NCBI RefSeq assembly: GCF_030463535.1 | Contig: NC_132885.1 | Location: forward strand, 19,665,786 to 19,729,785 | Length of the DNA stretch: 64,000 bases | Direction of reading: 5' to 3' | From: Salminus brasiliensis | Taxonomy: Eukaryota | Position numbers and translations under genes: made by a program | Notes under the pieces: model-generated | Told to the model about the DNA's origin: nothing | The model's database searches: none | What the model saw: the letters and a program-made list of their open reading frames with translations, nothing else | Part shown: one piece after another, positions 25,583 to 36,566 of the stretch | Position numbering within the stretch: position 1 is the stretch's first letter | Layout: each line of letters opens with the position of its first letter

Positions 25583-26025
25583 GTGAGCTTCTGAATCTGA
25601 AAGCACCTTAACCCTGAGAAACTCATCCCTTAGTTAATATGTAATGTTGTTACTTTAAACTTTAACATGTAAATACATACTTATGTAGCTGCGTAGTTTT
25701 CAGATTACACCTCTGCTCAGATTTTTTTAAAAGAATATAAGAATAGTAATGAAAAGTTCAAGAACAGTTTAAAGAAACTGTGCAGATCGGTTTCAATCTG
25801 TACATTGTCAGAATATCTTATAATACAAGTCTGTTGTAGTCAGTGTTTGTGATCTTTGATTTTATCAGAGTATTCCTTTACTCTATGCATCTGTGGGGCT
25901 GGTAGAGGCCTTACATAATTAGTTGAGGCTTAAGATGAGGAGGAATGAATGCTGCTTGGTCCTGATGTCATTATTTTTCTTCTTATTATTATTGTTATTA
26001 TTTTTTTGTTTTTTCTCTGCTACAG

Positions 26026-26184
26026 AAAACAGCAGAAAAAGATAAGCAGATGCACAGCTCCAGCTCCGAAGAAGCAGTGGAGGTATATCTGATATGGAGG
26101 GAGGAACTCTTTGGAAAAGGCTTTACACAGATGCAGACACTTCCTCCAGAAGCTCAAAAGCTGGCCTCCCATGGCCTGCAGCAG
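26026..26184 (+). CDS. parp4: PARP4 exon 5
   Basis: Acceptor ctacag, donor cag|gtcagt. ...EAQKLASHGLQQ resembles human EATQLASEQLQ. Confidence 0.8.
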
Positions 26185-26345
26185 GTCAGTCAACACTGCA
26201 TCACCAAGTAGATGCTGAATTAGCTGAAAAGGTTCTATTTGAGTGACGTTTAGAACAGAGCTGACATTAATCAAATGTGTCAAGTTTAATTGATCCAGGT
26301 TGAACATTTAATTGTGTAACAAATCATGGACTCTGTGACTGGCAG

Positions 26346-26483
26346 CTTTTGTTGGAGGAGAAGTTGAACTGCAGCACAGTCTCACAGGAGGTGGGCACCT
26401 TTGTGGAACTGATCTGGACCGAAGCCCTCGGGTCACTCAACAGCATTCTGATGGTTCCTGTTACCAGCATCAGTCTGAATGAT
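26346..26483 (+). CDS. parp4: PARP4 exon 6
   Basis: LLEEKLNCSTVSQEVGTFVELIWTEALGSLNSILMVPVTSISLND resembles human LLLEEVMNSSTLSQEVSDLVEMIWAEALGHLEHMLLKPVNRISLND. Donor gat|gttagt. Confidence 0.85.
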
Positions 26484-26613
26484 GTTAGTAGCATGGCAGC
26501 AATCAAATCATCATTTTCCTTTTTAAATGTTTTATTGAAACCTGTGACCTGTCTTGAATCAATAAATGCTTTAATGTCAGATGTAATGTATGTGTGCTCG
26601 CACGTGTTTACAG

Positions 26614-26772
26614 GTGAGCAGGGTGGAGGGTTTGCTTCTGGAGGCACAAAAGCGTCAGTGTGAGGATGAGGTGAAGGCTCTGCTGGAGGAGGTCAACACC
26701 CTGTTACCGCTTGTAATGGTGGAGCCTGACTCAAAACAAAAACTTATATCTAAGAAACTGGACCTCTGCCAG
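26614..26772 (+). CDS. parp4: PARP4 exon 7
   Basis: VSRVEGLLLEAQKRQCEDEVKALLEEVNTLLPLV...KKLDLCQ resembles human VSKAEGILLLVKAALK...LAKKADLCQ. Confidence 0.85.
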
Positions 26773-26856
26773 GTAACATATAACAAAATATTTTACTCTG
26801 TTACACCAGCTGCATCATATAATATCTGACTTTTAGAACTGTATTGACACCTCCAG

Positions 26857-27008
26857 CTGATTCGAGATATTCTGAATATGAGTGAGGCCACATTGGGAAA
26901 CCCCTCTCCATCCTCCTTGGGGAAGTATCGTGCCCTGAGGTGCAGTATTGAACTGGTGCAGCCCCAAAGCTCAGAGTTTCAGTCTGTCTCTCAGCTTTTG
27001 CAAGATAG
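26857..27008 (+). CDS. parp4: PARP4 exon 8 (PARP regulatory/catalytic region)
   Basis: LIRDILNMSEATLGNPSPSSLGKYRALRCSIELVQ resembles human LIRDMVNVCETNLSKPNPPSLAKYRALRCKIEHVE. Ends in phase 2. Confidence 0.85.
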
Positions 27009-27121
27009 GTAGGTGCAGTATGTACACCATGTTCCGGACATTTACGCCTTTATGTCTGTATGTGCTTATGCTTAAACTGTATGTGGTTACATTTTGGTTT
27101 GTTTGTGTTTTATTGCTACAG

Positions 27122-27253
27122 GCCAGTCCAAATCCAGCAGATACTGCGTGTGAATAGAGGGGCTGAGCTTCATATGTTCAAGGAGGAGCTAGGCAGCATT
27201 AAGCCCCTCCTACATTCTTCTCGCCCCAGCAGTTTTATGGGAATCCTGTCTCG
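27122..27253 (+). CDS. parp4: PARP4 exon 9 (catalytic His: LLHSSRPSSFMGILSR)
   Basis: PVQIQQILRVNRGAELHMF...LLHSS resembles human VDVLQIFRVGRVNETTEF...LLHGSPVQNIVGILCRG. Confidence 0.85.
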
Positions 27254-27732
27254 GTGAGAGTCTGTCTCTTAAGCTAGGCAGACCCTGTGCAAGTTTGGAA
27301 ATTTTGTTCTTTGGTGATTAGCCACACATTTATATTGTCCATCGAATACATCGAATGAAGTTGTCGGTCCGACTTGCATGCTGCGATGTGGGAGCTCACA
27401 CTGCACATGAAATGCAGCCCCTTGAGTTCTGTCTACATTTTGCATTTTGCAGCCTGTGTAAAACAGGTTGGGACATCAAGAAATCAGCTTATAAACTTCT
27501 CAAACTGTGAGACAAGCGACCAGATTTTCAGACATGTCAGAAACCCATCTGGTCATCCGACTGCTCACTCAGAGCTCGTTTGGGCAATTATTTGGGCATT
27601 GATTCTTTTCTCACACTGCACATCAAACAGTAGCCAATCTGAAATTCAGGCTTAATAACAGGCTAACATCATCTGGCTTCACACACACACAAATATTTTG
27701 GCTAAATCGAGGGGATTTGGTTCTGTGTGCAG

Positions 27733-27831
27733 GGGTCTGTTGCTGCCCAGGGTTGGAGTAGAGCAGCATGGCATTGAAAGAACAGATGTTGGGAATCTGG
27801 GAAGTGGCATCTACTTCAGTGACTCTCTAAG
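27733..27831 (+). CDS. parp4: PARP4 exon 10 (catalytic Tyr: GSGIYFSDSL)
   Basis: GLLLPRVGVEQHGIERTDVGNLGSGIYFSDSL resembles human LLLPKVVEDRGVQRTDVGNLGSGIYFSDSL. Confidence 0.9.
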
Positions 27832-28566
27832 GTCAGTGTTCCCCCACGGTTTTACATAACCCATTGAAATGGTCCATAAATGTTTATGATCACATGGTTT
27901 CAAATGGATCAGAAGTATTTAGAGGTTTTCACATGTAGGTCTTTTTAAATGAACTGAAGTCATTTCTGTTGAAGTGAACCAGAAATGGAAAGAGATGCAG
28001 CTGACCTCAATGTTGGCACAATTTTAAAGAGGACACTGTGGTGTTTCTGGTCATCTTAAACATTGATGAGATTGATAGCATTAATAGTTCTAGTTCTAAA
28101 ATCTGATGAGCTGAAAAAAAGAATGTTATATTAACTGTTTTATTATGTTGTATTTTATTACATTGCATGCTGTTTGTTGTTAAGCCACCTGAGGGCACTG
28201 ATACACTGACCCATAAGCAAGTATTCTCCTAAGTACTAAGTAGTAAATACTGTGGCTGTATATACTGTAAGCCTTGAGTTTAGTGGAATGCAATGCATCC
28301 TGATGGACAGTTTGTTTTTCCATGGCTCAGAGAATTTACTGTAATAAAAAGCACCCAGAAACAAATTTTATTGAGACCACCAGAAGTTATAAGTACAGAA
28401 AACCAGAATGACTCCGCATCCTTAAAACAACAAATATGTTAGACTGCTAAAATGCTAAAATGGCCCAGAATAAAAATCTATAAAAACTATAACAAGAACT
28501 GAAATTGGGCATCCATGTGCTTTGGCATATGATGCTATATCCTTATGTATCTGTTCTGTGTTCCAG

Positions 28567-28750
28567 CACTTCTATCAAATACTCCAAACCCAGTGCGATG
28601 GATGGCTCTCGACTACTGCTGGTATGTGATGTTGCTCTGGGTCAGTGTAAGGACCTGCACAGGAGGGACATCACACTGACCAGCGCTCCTGAGGGCTACA
28701 GCAGTGTGCATGGGGTTCGCCACACCCAAAAAACACGCACTGACTTTGAG
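28567..28750 (+). CDS. parp4: PARP4 exon 11 (catalytic core)
   Basis: STSIKYSKPSAMDGSRLLLVCDVALGQCKDLH...SAPEGYSSVHGV...TDFE resembles human STSIKYSHPGETDGTRLLLICDVALGKCMDLH...APPGYDSVHGV...TDFE. Confidence 0.9.
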
Positions 28751-28835
28751 GTAAATCTTGAACACAAACATTTTTCTAGGTTAAAGATCTTATAGTTTGG
28801 TGACACATTGCTTTTGTGTGTGTCTTTCTATTGCA

Positions 28836-28986
28836 GGATGATGAATATGTGGTGTATAACACAGATCAGGTCAGGCTGAAATATGTAGTTCAGTACTCTC
28901 TGGAGGAGGACCAGGTGAAAAACTTTCAGCCTCATGTTGACACATCTGTAGAGCTTGTAAACCCTGCCACAACCTCTGAACTCTGT
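28836..28986 (+). CDS. parp4: PARP4 exon 12 (catalytic Glu: DDEYVVY)
   Basis: DDEYVVYNTDQVRLKYVVQYS resembles human DDEFVVYKTNQVKMKYIIKFS. Donor t|gtgagt, phase 1. Confidence 0.85.
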
Positions 28987-29039
28987 GAGTGTCTTACCTG
29001 TTCATCACATTTTCACTATTTCTACCCTCATTGTCCATT

Positions 29040-29640
29040 ATATCAGCTCCACTTACCATATAGGCGCACTCTGTAGTTCTATAATTACAGACTGTAGTCC
29101 ATCTGTTTCTCTGCATTCTCATTTCACCCTGTTCTTCAATGCTCAGGACCCCACAGGACCACCACAGAGCAGGTGCTATTTTGCTGGTGGGTCATTCTCA
29201 GCACTGCAGTGACACTGACATGGTGGTGGCATGTTAATGTCGTTCGAGCTGGTACAAGTTAATTAGACACAGCAGTTTGAGCTGCTGGAATGAGAACAGT
29301 CCACCAACCAAAAAAAATCCAGACACCAGCGTCCTGTGGGCAGCGTCCTGTGTGATGGATCACCAACTCTAACTGTGCAGCAAGAGAGGAGCTTTTGTCT
29401 CTGTGTTTACATCTGCAAGGTGGACCAACTAGGTAGGAGTGTCTAATAGAGTGGACAGTGAGTGGACACAGTGTGTAAAAACTCCAGCAGCACTGCTGTG
29501 TCTGATCCACTCGTACCAGCACAACATACACTTACACACCACCGCCATGTCAGTGTCACTGCAGTGCTGAAAATGACCCACCACTCAAATAATAGCTGCT
29601 CTGTGGGGTCCTGAGCATTGGAGAACAGGACAAAAGGAGG
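29040..29640. mobile_element. MITE-like element with about 95-bp terminal inverted repeats (29128-29226 vs 29528-29630) in PARP4 intron 12
   Basis: tgctcaggaccccacaggaccaccacagagcaggtgctattttgctggtgggtcattctcagcactgcagtgacactgacatggtggtgg vs the reverse complement of accaccgccatgtcagtgtcactgcagtgctgaaaatgacccaccactcaaataatagctgctctgtggggtcctgagca. Confidence 0.7.
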
Positions 29641-29945
29641 CTAACAAAGTATGCAGATGAAACAAATGGTTTCACAGTCTGATGGCCGTGAATAAATGGT
29701 CCTGGACTTGTCAGTCTTCACATAATGTTTGCCTGGGGTAGACGCTGTGCCTCTCTCTGCATGTTTAAAATAAAATCTGCACCTATGTTATGTTATCTAA
29801 TAAATGTAATGGCCTTGAATTAGGTTTTTAGAGATCTCACTCTTTTCTAATGAACTTAACTACTACACTAATTTTGGATGTTTAATGTGGAATTGTTGTA
29901 TTGTGTGTGTGTGTGGGTGGGTGTGTCCGTTTTCTGACTCTTCAG

Positions 29946-30088
29946 TGTCTAGTGATGACAGTGAGGATTTGGAGGTGACTAAGAATCCTCTAGAAGAGGT
30001 CACTGCTGGTTTGTTGGACAGCAGTGGAAAGACACTCCCCTTGCAGGCTGTCCATGTGAGGTGTAAGCTGATAGACCTGCTGTCTCAG
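29946..30088 (+). CDS. parp4: PARP4 exon 13 (start of VIT region)
   Basis: ...KTLPLQAVHVRCKLIDLLSQ resembles human GNLVPLEDVHIKGRIIDTVAQ. Confidence 0.8.
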
Positions 30089-30297
30089 GTACATTTTTAC
30101 ATGGGAACAGTGATTTTCGAAGTGATCTCTTACCAGTGTTGGTGTTCAGAACTGTACTGCAGAAAATGCAGCATTTTTCTCTTTCATTGATATTCTGTAA
30201 TAATAATAACAATATGAATAATAGCAGTAATAGTAGTGCATAATTGTACCCTCATCACGTTTCACTATAGAACTTGTGTTCCTCTTTCTGTCATCAG

Positions 30298-30429
30298 GTT
30301 ATCATTTTCCAGACATACACCAATGAGAGCACAGTGCCTATTGAGGCAAAATATGTCTTTCCTTTAGAAGAGACAGCTGCAGTGTGTGGCTTTGAGGCCT
30401 TCATTAATGGGAAGCATGTTATTGGAAAG
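30298..30429 (+). CDS. parp4: PARP4 exon 14 (VIT)
   Basis: VIIFQTYTNESTVPIEAKYVFPLEETAAVCGFEAFINGKHVIGK is near-identical to human VIVFQTYTNKSHVPIEAKYIFPLDDKAAVCGFEAFINGKHIVGE. Confidence 0.92.
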
Positions 30430-30545
30430 GTGATTGTTCTCAGCTCACTTCATCTTCTTCTAGTTCTGATTTAGTCTACAGTGTCTTGTTACTGTAACTC
30501 TTCTAATATATTTTCCTTTTTGTTCTCTTTTTCCATCTCTCTCAG

Positions 30546-30632
30546 GTGAAGGAAAAGGAGCAGGCTCGTAAGGAATACAGGCAGGCTATAGAGAAAGGCC
30601 ATGGAGCCTACCTGATGGACCAGGATGCGCCT
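30546..30632 (+). CDS. parp4: PARP4 exon 15 (VIT)
   Basis: VKEKEQARKEYRQAIEKGHGAYLMDQDAP resembles human IKEKEEAQQEYLEAVTQGHGAYLMSQDAP. Confidence 0.9.
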
Positions 30633-31101
30633 GTATGTTTCTGTCCTTTCTGTTCAAGGGCATTATTGTTTTTTGTTCATTTCCGTACCATTTCCAGACC
30701 ATATATTAAATTTAAATGTACACTCATATGGTCATTTGACTTTGTACCCATAAATATGATCAAAATATGTATTCATAAGCATAAACAAAAGTATTTTAAT
30801 ACCACAAAATAAAAATATACGAAGTTCAAAGTGCTGCTGTTGGTAATTGCAGCTTGGAGATCTATACAGACAGGAGTAATTAGGTTTTTGCAGCACTGAG
30901 GTTCAGCCTTGGCTCATTACTCCTGGTTTGCAAAGGAGCAACCCTGTATCATTGTTCTGACATCGGGTATTTGATGTAGAGCAGTGGGTAATAACACTGC
31001 CCTTCCCAAGACATACTAGTATCCCATACTCTGTCCACTGCAGCATGCAAAAAAAGTCTTGAAGATCCATTCTTTACCCTGTTTGTGTGTTTGTGCTTCA
31101 G

Positions 31102-31266
31102 GATGTGTTCACCATCAGTGTGGGGAATCTGCCCCCTGGTGCTACAGTGCTGATCAAGGTGACCTTCATCACGGAGCTGGTTGTGAGAGCAGGCAGCATC
31201 CTCTTCTCTCTGCCAGGCAGTGTGGCTCCATGGCAGCAAAGTGCCGCTCTCAACCAGAGAACCCAG
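31102..31266 (+). CDS. parp4: PARP4 exon 16 (VIT)
   Basis: DVFTISVGNLPPGATVLIKVTFITEL...VAPWQQ resembles human DVFTVSVGNLPPKAKVLIKITYITEL...VAPWQQ. Confidence 0.9.
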
Positions 31267-31823
31267 GTACAGCAGGACCTTTAATTCTCATTATTATTTA
31301 ATCCTCTCTTCCTAAAGCTCCTGTAACCTGTTTAAGAAACCATATTTATTAATAATCTGTTTACTATTTAAAACAGTTTGACCTGAAATGTTGTGCTAAT
31401 ATTTTAAGTAATAAGATAACCAGTTCGAATCTCCGGTAATGCAGCTTTGCCTTCAGCAGCCAGGACCTGAGAGAGCACAACTGGCCATGCTTGCTCTGTT
31501 GGCCAGCACAGGCATCTGTTAACTGACTCACCAGGTCCAGTTCTTTCCTCCGAGTGCGTTTTCACTGCCTTCTGATGCTGCATTGGCGGCAGGTCGAAAA
31601 GAGGCAGTGGCTGACTTTACATGTCTCAAAGGAAGCATGTGCTAGTCCTTACCCTCTTGTGTCGGGAGCATTGCAAGTGGGTTGGGTAATTGCTTCTTCT
31701 AAATTGGGGTAAAAAAACAGTTATAAGGTAAACGAATTGGTGTGGTTCAAGAAACACAGAGAAATAAAAATAATGTTTTCTAGATGAGCTTACCCTGATG
31801 AGGAGAGTGTGTTTGTGTTGCAG

Positions 31824-31867
31824 GTGTCTGTAGAGAAGGTGTGTGTAAACGAGCTCCGGCCATCAGG
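31824..31867 (+). CDS. parp4: PARP4 exon 17 (small, 44 nt)
   Basis: VSVEKVCVNELRPS resembles human DTVEKICIKEIGTK. Frame across the flanking exons requires this exon. Confidence 0.7.
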
Positions 31868-31960
31868 GTGAGAATCACATTTCAGAGATATTTAGAAAAA
31901 AAATATTATTTTAGCAAATCCATGACAAACGTTTCTGTGTTTTTCTTTTCTGCTTTCTAG

Positions 31961-32039
31961 GGAGTTTTCTTTGAGTATGTCCATCGAGATGCCTTATGAG
32001 ATCAAAGATCTTGATTGTTCTCATCTTTTTGAAATAAAG
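31961..32039 (+). CDS. parp4: PARP4 exon 18
   Basis: EFSLSMSIEMPYEIKDLDCSHLFEIK resembles human SFSLTMSIEMPYVIEFIFSDTHELKQK. Confidence 0.85.
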
Positions 32040-32151
32040 GTATGTTTATTTGTTTGTTAATTGGAGTTATAATATGTTGGTTTTCCTAAAAGAATGTTGT
32101 CCAGTCTTTATGTTCTCTATATATGGATGTGGTGTCCTGTTTTTCTTCTAG

Positions 32152-32289
32152 AGGACAGACTGTAAGGCTGTAGTCAGCACACTACCAGAGCAGACTCTAA
32201 GCACTGACGGCTTCCAGCTCAGCTTCACTCTGTCTCAGATCCACATGCCCAGAATGTGGGTGGAGAAACATCCAGAGAAAGAGAGTGAG
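32152..32289 (+). CDS. parp4: PARP4 exon 19
   Basis: RTDCKAVVSTL...HMPRMWVEKHPEKESE resembles human RTDCKAVISTM...YLPRMWVEKHPEKESE. Confidence 0.9.
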
Positions 32290-32394
32290 GTAAAATATGA
32301 ATATGTTCATGCCTGTTCTGCAGTCTTTATTTAGATATATAAGAAAATCTGGTTCTGTGTTTCTCAAGTCTATGTATGTGCTTTACCCATCTAG

Positions 32395-32584
32395 GCCTGC
32401 ATGTTGGTGTTTTATCCAGACTTTGAGTCCAGTGGCGTTTCTAGTGTGAGTGATGTGGTCATTCTGCTGGACACATCAGAGTCCATGCGGGGAGAGGCCA
32501 TGTTGAATGCACGCAGAATTGCTCTTAAGGTTCTTAACACACTGGATAGTTCACTCCGGGTAAACATCATCTCCTTTGGGACAG
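32395..32584 (+). CDS. parp4: PARP4 exon 20 (vWA start, MIDAS DxSxS: LLDTSESM)
   Basis: ACMLVFYPDF...VVILLDTSESMRGEAMLNARRIALKVLNTL...VNIISFGTG resembles human ACMLVFQPDL...VIICLDCSSSMEGVTFLQAKQIALHALSLV...VNIIQFGTG. Confidence 0.9.
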
Positions 32585-32968
32585 GTTAGTATTTACTAAT
32601 TCCTTTTTTTTTTTCTTTTGGAATATGGGACCTGCCTCATAAACCATGCTGTTAATAAAGCATGATGATGTTTTTAGTTTGTAATTACATGTATCATGAT
32701 AAATATTGTGTATCTTGAAAAAAGTCTTTAAATGTCTTGATATAGTATTTTTACCATATCACCTAACCCTACATGAGACCCAGGACATATATAGATAGAT
32801 ATATTAATTATATATAATTTCTGCATCACTGTAAATGTTTCCATGTTTGTTCAGAGAAATCTGAAATCACTGTGTGCTGCAGAATGTCTTTTTGATTAAT
32901 ATCACATTCTTTCGCCCTTTTATGCAACTGTATTGTAAATGTGGTGTCCCAACATTGTCATTTAATAG

Positions 32969-33045
32969 ATTATAAAGAGGCCTTCCCTTCAGCAAATGTG
33001 CTAGACAATGAAAATGTGTTTACCTCAGCCAAGAAGTTCATCATG
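32969..33045 (+). CDS. parp4: PARP4 exon 21 (vWA)
   Basis: DYKEAFPSANVLDNENVFTSAKKFIM resembles human GYKELFSYPKHITSNTMAAEFIM. Confidence 0.75.
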
Positions 33046-33749
33046 GTGAGTATTCACCCTCAGAGCCAATGCTACTTTTGTTCATAGAAATACCATATGT
33101 CTCCTTTTATGTACCACTGTAAAACCCAGTTTTCTTAGTTTACTGACGACGTTTACAAAGCAAATGATCATCCCATCCCAATTTAACCTGGCCTGACTGT
33201 CCAAGCTATAGGATTCCATAATAAAAATCTGAGATTCGAAGAGAGTAAATATTTCCCAAGATGGGTATTTCTTTACATTATAATTATTTTTTTACCAAAA
33301 ATAAATGTAGGAACACGTCTCATATTTTTGAAAACTAACTTCTAGTTAGAAAACTAAACTAGTTTAGACTTGGAAAAAAAAAAAATTCACACAGACAGTA
33401 TTTCAAATAACAGAGTTATTAAATAGTGCAGTCATGCTTTAAGCAATAAACTCCAAAATAAGGGTTTGTTTTAGGACATGGTGAGACAACTTTAAAAATC
33501 ATAAAAAATCATTTGCTTACTTGCATGAATTGCATTGGTGACATGGTGTAAAATGTCCCAAATAGGCTTAGGCTTAAAAGTAATAAAAGCTCAAATGCAC
33601 AATGGACCTAACTGAGAAAAAACATCTGTAACTAAATGAAGTATATTCACATAATAAAGTGTTCTATATTGTTTCATTGGCAAAGTAGCATGCATTTTTT
33701 AGAAGCGATGAGAGAGCGAAGTTGCACCCATTGCTGACACAGATGAGCA

Positions 33750-34060
33750 AATGCATAGACACACATCTAGTCCCTGTAGAGAAGTATAGCCAATAGAATA
33801 GGACTCTCTGGAGCAGATACACAAGACCTGTTGGTACTATGCCTAATGGCAGGCTGTGAAGCAGTGGAACTGTGTTCTCTTAAATGATGGTGCTCCATAC
33901 AATACTTTTAGGATGAGTTAGGGATGAGGTGAGGTGGTGATCATCCAATATCTTGACCTCACTAACACTCTTGTTGATATATGCAATCAATATATACAAT
34001 AGAAAGCCTTTCCTTTACAGTAGAAACAGTTACTCCAACAAAAGAAAGATGCCCTTTGGT
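33750..34060 (+). mobile_element. Tc1-like transposase 3' fragment (…DLTNALV.EW..IP…) in PARP4 intron 21
   Basis: Homologous copies at 35000-35340, 41700-41790, 53390-53650, 61100-61340 (plus orientation) and 60790-61030 (minus orientation). Confidence 0.6.
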
Positions 34061-34266
34061 TTGAAAGAATAGCAGGTGTCCCAATACTTTTGCACATATA
34101 GCACATCACATATTCAACATTGTAAAATGTAGCTCAGATGTTCCAATGTCACCTGACACTTGACAACTGTAAACAAAGCAGTCCATATCATGAATAGATT
34201 TGTAAAATGAGCTTGCGTTTGTATTCTGTTGGTTAGAATAGTTTTATTTTTCTGTTCCACTGTTAG

Positions 34267-34454
34267 TCCTCTCCTGCTGTTGGTGGCAGCACTGAACTGT
34301 GGAGGCCTCTGCGCAGCCTGAATCTGCTGCCTCCGTCACGTGGTGTGAGGAATGTGCTGCTGATGTCTGATGGGCATGTGCAGAATCAGCCTCAGACCCT
34401 GCAGTTGGTACGAGAAAACGCCCGCCACACACGCCTCTTCACCTGCGGCCTCAG
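34267..34454 (+). CDS. parp4: PARP4 exon 22 (vWA)
   Basis: ...ELWRPLRSLNLLPPSRGVRNVLLMSDGHVQNQPQTLQLVRENARHTRLFTCGL resembles human DFWKTLRYLSLLYPARGSRNILLVSDGHLQDESLTLQLVKRSRPHTRLFACGI. Confidence 0.9.
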
Positions 34455-34612
34455 GTCAGCACTCCGCATCTTCAGACAGTCATTAAGCACACAATTCTAT
34501 GTTACAGCTGAACCTAAAACAATGCACCCAAATTCAAAAATGCTATGTCCATGTAAATGCCTAACCTAGTATCTGTGGCTGTATCTAATTATGTGTTTGT
34601 GCTTGTGTGCAG

Positions 34613-34712
34613 CCCAAGAGCTAATCGGCACATGCTTAGAGCTCTGGCTCAGGCAGGTGGAGGAGCTTATGAGTTTTTTGACACCAAGACAAAACACTCC
34701 TGGGCTGAGAAG
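34613..34712 (+). CDS. parp4: PARP4 exon 23 (vWA)
   Basis: SPRANRHMLRALAQAGGGAYEFFDTKTKHSWAEK resembles human GSTANRHVLRILSQCGAGVFEYFNAKSKHSWRKQ. Confidence 0.9.
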
Positions 34713-34802
34713 GTCAGTTCAGTGCTTTATTACCTCATGGATCTTGTAGGTGTGCATGGGTGTAACATGTGGTTGTGATACATGGCTGCTTGGGTGTTTC
34801 AG

Positions 34803-34973
34803 GTGAATTCTCAGGTGAAGTGCATGGCATCTCCTGGCTGTAGTTCAGTAGCAGTGAAGTGGCAGCAGTTCAACCCCACAGCACCCCCTCCTGTTCAAGC
34901 ACCCTCCCAGCTACATGCTCTCTTCAGTGACTGTCACACTCTGGTCTATGGCTTCGTGCCACACTGCACTCAG
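34803..34973 (+). CDS. parp4: PARP4 exon 24
   Basis: ...SVAVKWQQFNPTAP...LVYGFVPHCTQ resembles human SVSVKWQQLNPDVP...LVYGFIPHCTQ. Confidence 0.9.
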
Positions 34974-34999
34974 GTATCTCAACATGACTTCTGATACGC

Positions 35000-35340
35000 C
35001 AAAGCATTGTGCCCTGTAAATAGTGCAATAGAGAAGTACTGACAATATAACAGGACTCTTTGGAGCAGATACACTTGAACCTGAGGCATCGTGCCTAATG
35101 CCAGACATGGGCTAAAAGGGTATAAAGCCCCCCAGCATTGAGCTGTGGAACACCGGAGCTGTGTTCTCTGGTATGATGGTGCTTCATACAATACTTTTGA
35201 GATTGTAACATCCTGACCTCACTAATGCTCTTGTGGTTTAATGTAATCAAATCCTCACAGCAATGTTCCAAAATCTAGTAGAAAGCCTTTCCTGAACAGT
35301 AGAGACAGTTACTCCAGCAAAAGCAGGACAAACTCTTTAT
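35000..35340 (+). mobile_element. Tc1-like fragment in PARP4 intron 24
   Basis: ccagacatgggctaaaagggtataaagccccccagcattgagctgtggaacac...cctcactaatgctcttgtgg... Confidence 0.6.
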
Positions 35341-35413
35341 TTAACACCCTTGATTGTGCCCCGTAAATTCATCTTTAGCATTTGTGAGCTCAAAGATTTT
35401 ATTGTTTATTTAG

Positions 35414-35494
35414 GCTACTCTACTTGGTGATCTGAGTGGGCAGGAAATTAAGACGATGGTTTCCACTACAGAACTACAGAAGACTAAAGGAACA
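35414..35494 (+). CDS. parp4: PARP4 exon 25
   Basis: ATLLGDLSGQEIKTMVSTTELQKTKGT resembles human ATLCALIQEKEFRTMVSTTELQKTTGT. Donor aca|gtaaga. Confidence 0.85.
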
Positions 35495-35610
35495 GTAAGA
35501 TTTGGACATCCCTGTATTATTGCAGCATATAATATGTCGCCTGTTACTGTTTTGTCACTGTTTTGAGTGTTAAAAGCATTGTGTTGTATTTTTGTGTGTC
35601 TGTATTGTAG

Positions 35611-35691
35611 TTTCTTCACAAACTCACAGCAAGAGCCATCATCAGAGACTATGAGGACGGCAGTCTCGGCTCTAGCGAAGCAGAACATGAA
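35611..35691 (+). CDS. parp4: PARP4 exon 26
   Basis: FLHKLTARAIIRDYEDGSL resembles human MIHKLAARALIRDYEDGIL. Donor gaa|gtatgg. Confidence 0.85.
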
Positions 35692-36002
35692 GTATGGACT
35701 ATAGATGGGGTTTCACTTATGTTTAATTTGCTTTCTGAGCTTTGGATCTATGGACTGCTCTGTGACTTTTGAGAAATTAAAATTAATTCTTGACTAAACC
35801 AAAGTAACAGTTATTAACAGTAGCTTAAGGTATATGGTTGTATTGCTTGTAGAAAACTACATTTTGTGGTGCATTCACAGACGTCCCAAGGAACAAGCAT
35901 GCTTTTATTCGGGAAGTGCATCTGTATCCGTAAAGTGTGTAACAGACAAAGGACACAGGATTGATATGGGCTGTTCTAAGACTGTTGTTTCTGCTTTTTT
36001 AG

Positions 36003-36098
36003 GGGAAGAAAGCTGAGCTGAAATCTTACATCATCGAGCTCAGCAAAGAATTCTCCATCCTGTCCCAGTTTACCAGCTTTGTTGCCATTGAAGAAAGG
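36003..36098 (+). CDS. parp4: PARP4 exon 27
   Basis: GKKAELKSYIIELSKEFSILSQFTSFVAIEER resembles human MKKQTLKSLIIKLSKENSLITQFTSFVAVEKR. Confidence 0.9.
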
Positions 36099-36339
36099 GT
36101 ATGGTTACTGTTGACTGAAAGACCACTTTTAGCATTAACCTGTTAATACACTTATAATGCTTTCATTAAGTTCTTTTAACTAAAGGTCTCTGCAAAAGAC
36201 TTCGTCAATAATGAATAACTGGGTAACTGAAAATGCTCATTGCTGTGGGATGTGCTAAAGTACTGTATAAGAATGTACTACATTCATTTCCAGCTGTACA
36301 AAAGGATGAACTCTCTTTTCCATCCTCACCTATTTGTAG

Positions 36340-36459
36340 GACAAGGAGCAACCTGAATCTGGAATCACTGATGTTCCAAAACTAATTGCAGAGGAGGATG
36401 TTGATATTCTGCCGTACATGGGCTGGACTGAAAAGGAGGACAGATTTTTGGAGGATGAG
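36340..36459 (+). CDS. parp4: PARP4 exon 28
   Basis: ...ITDVPKLIAEEDVDILPYMGW resembles human FPDIPKVSELIAKEDVDFLPYMSW. Confidence 0.85.
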
Positions 36460-36566
36460 GTATGGCATTTGACAGGTTCCGATATGATTTGTGTATTATT
36501 AGCTCAGCTGTGTAGAATGTGTATTTGGAGTCTAGCTTACTTCATAGTTTTTCCCTTTTCCTGCAG

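Noticed and set aside
28615-28630. Strong donor-like GGTATGT inside PARP4 exon 11
   Set aside because: It lies in frame within LLVCDVALG, which aligns to human LLICDVALG. Splicing there would delete conserved catalytic-domain sequence.
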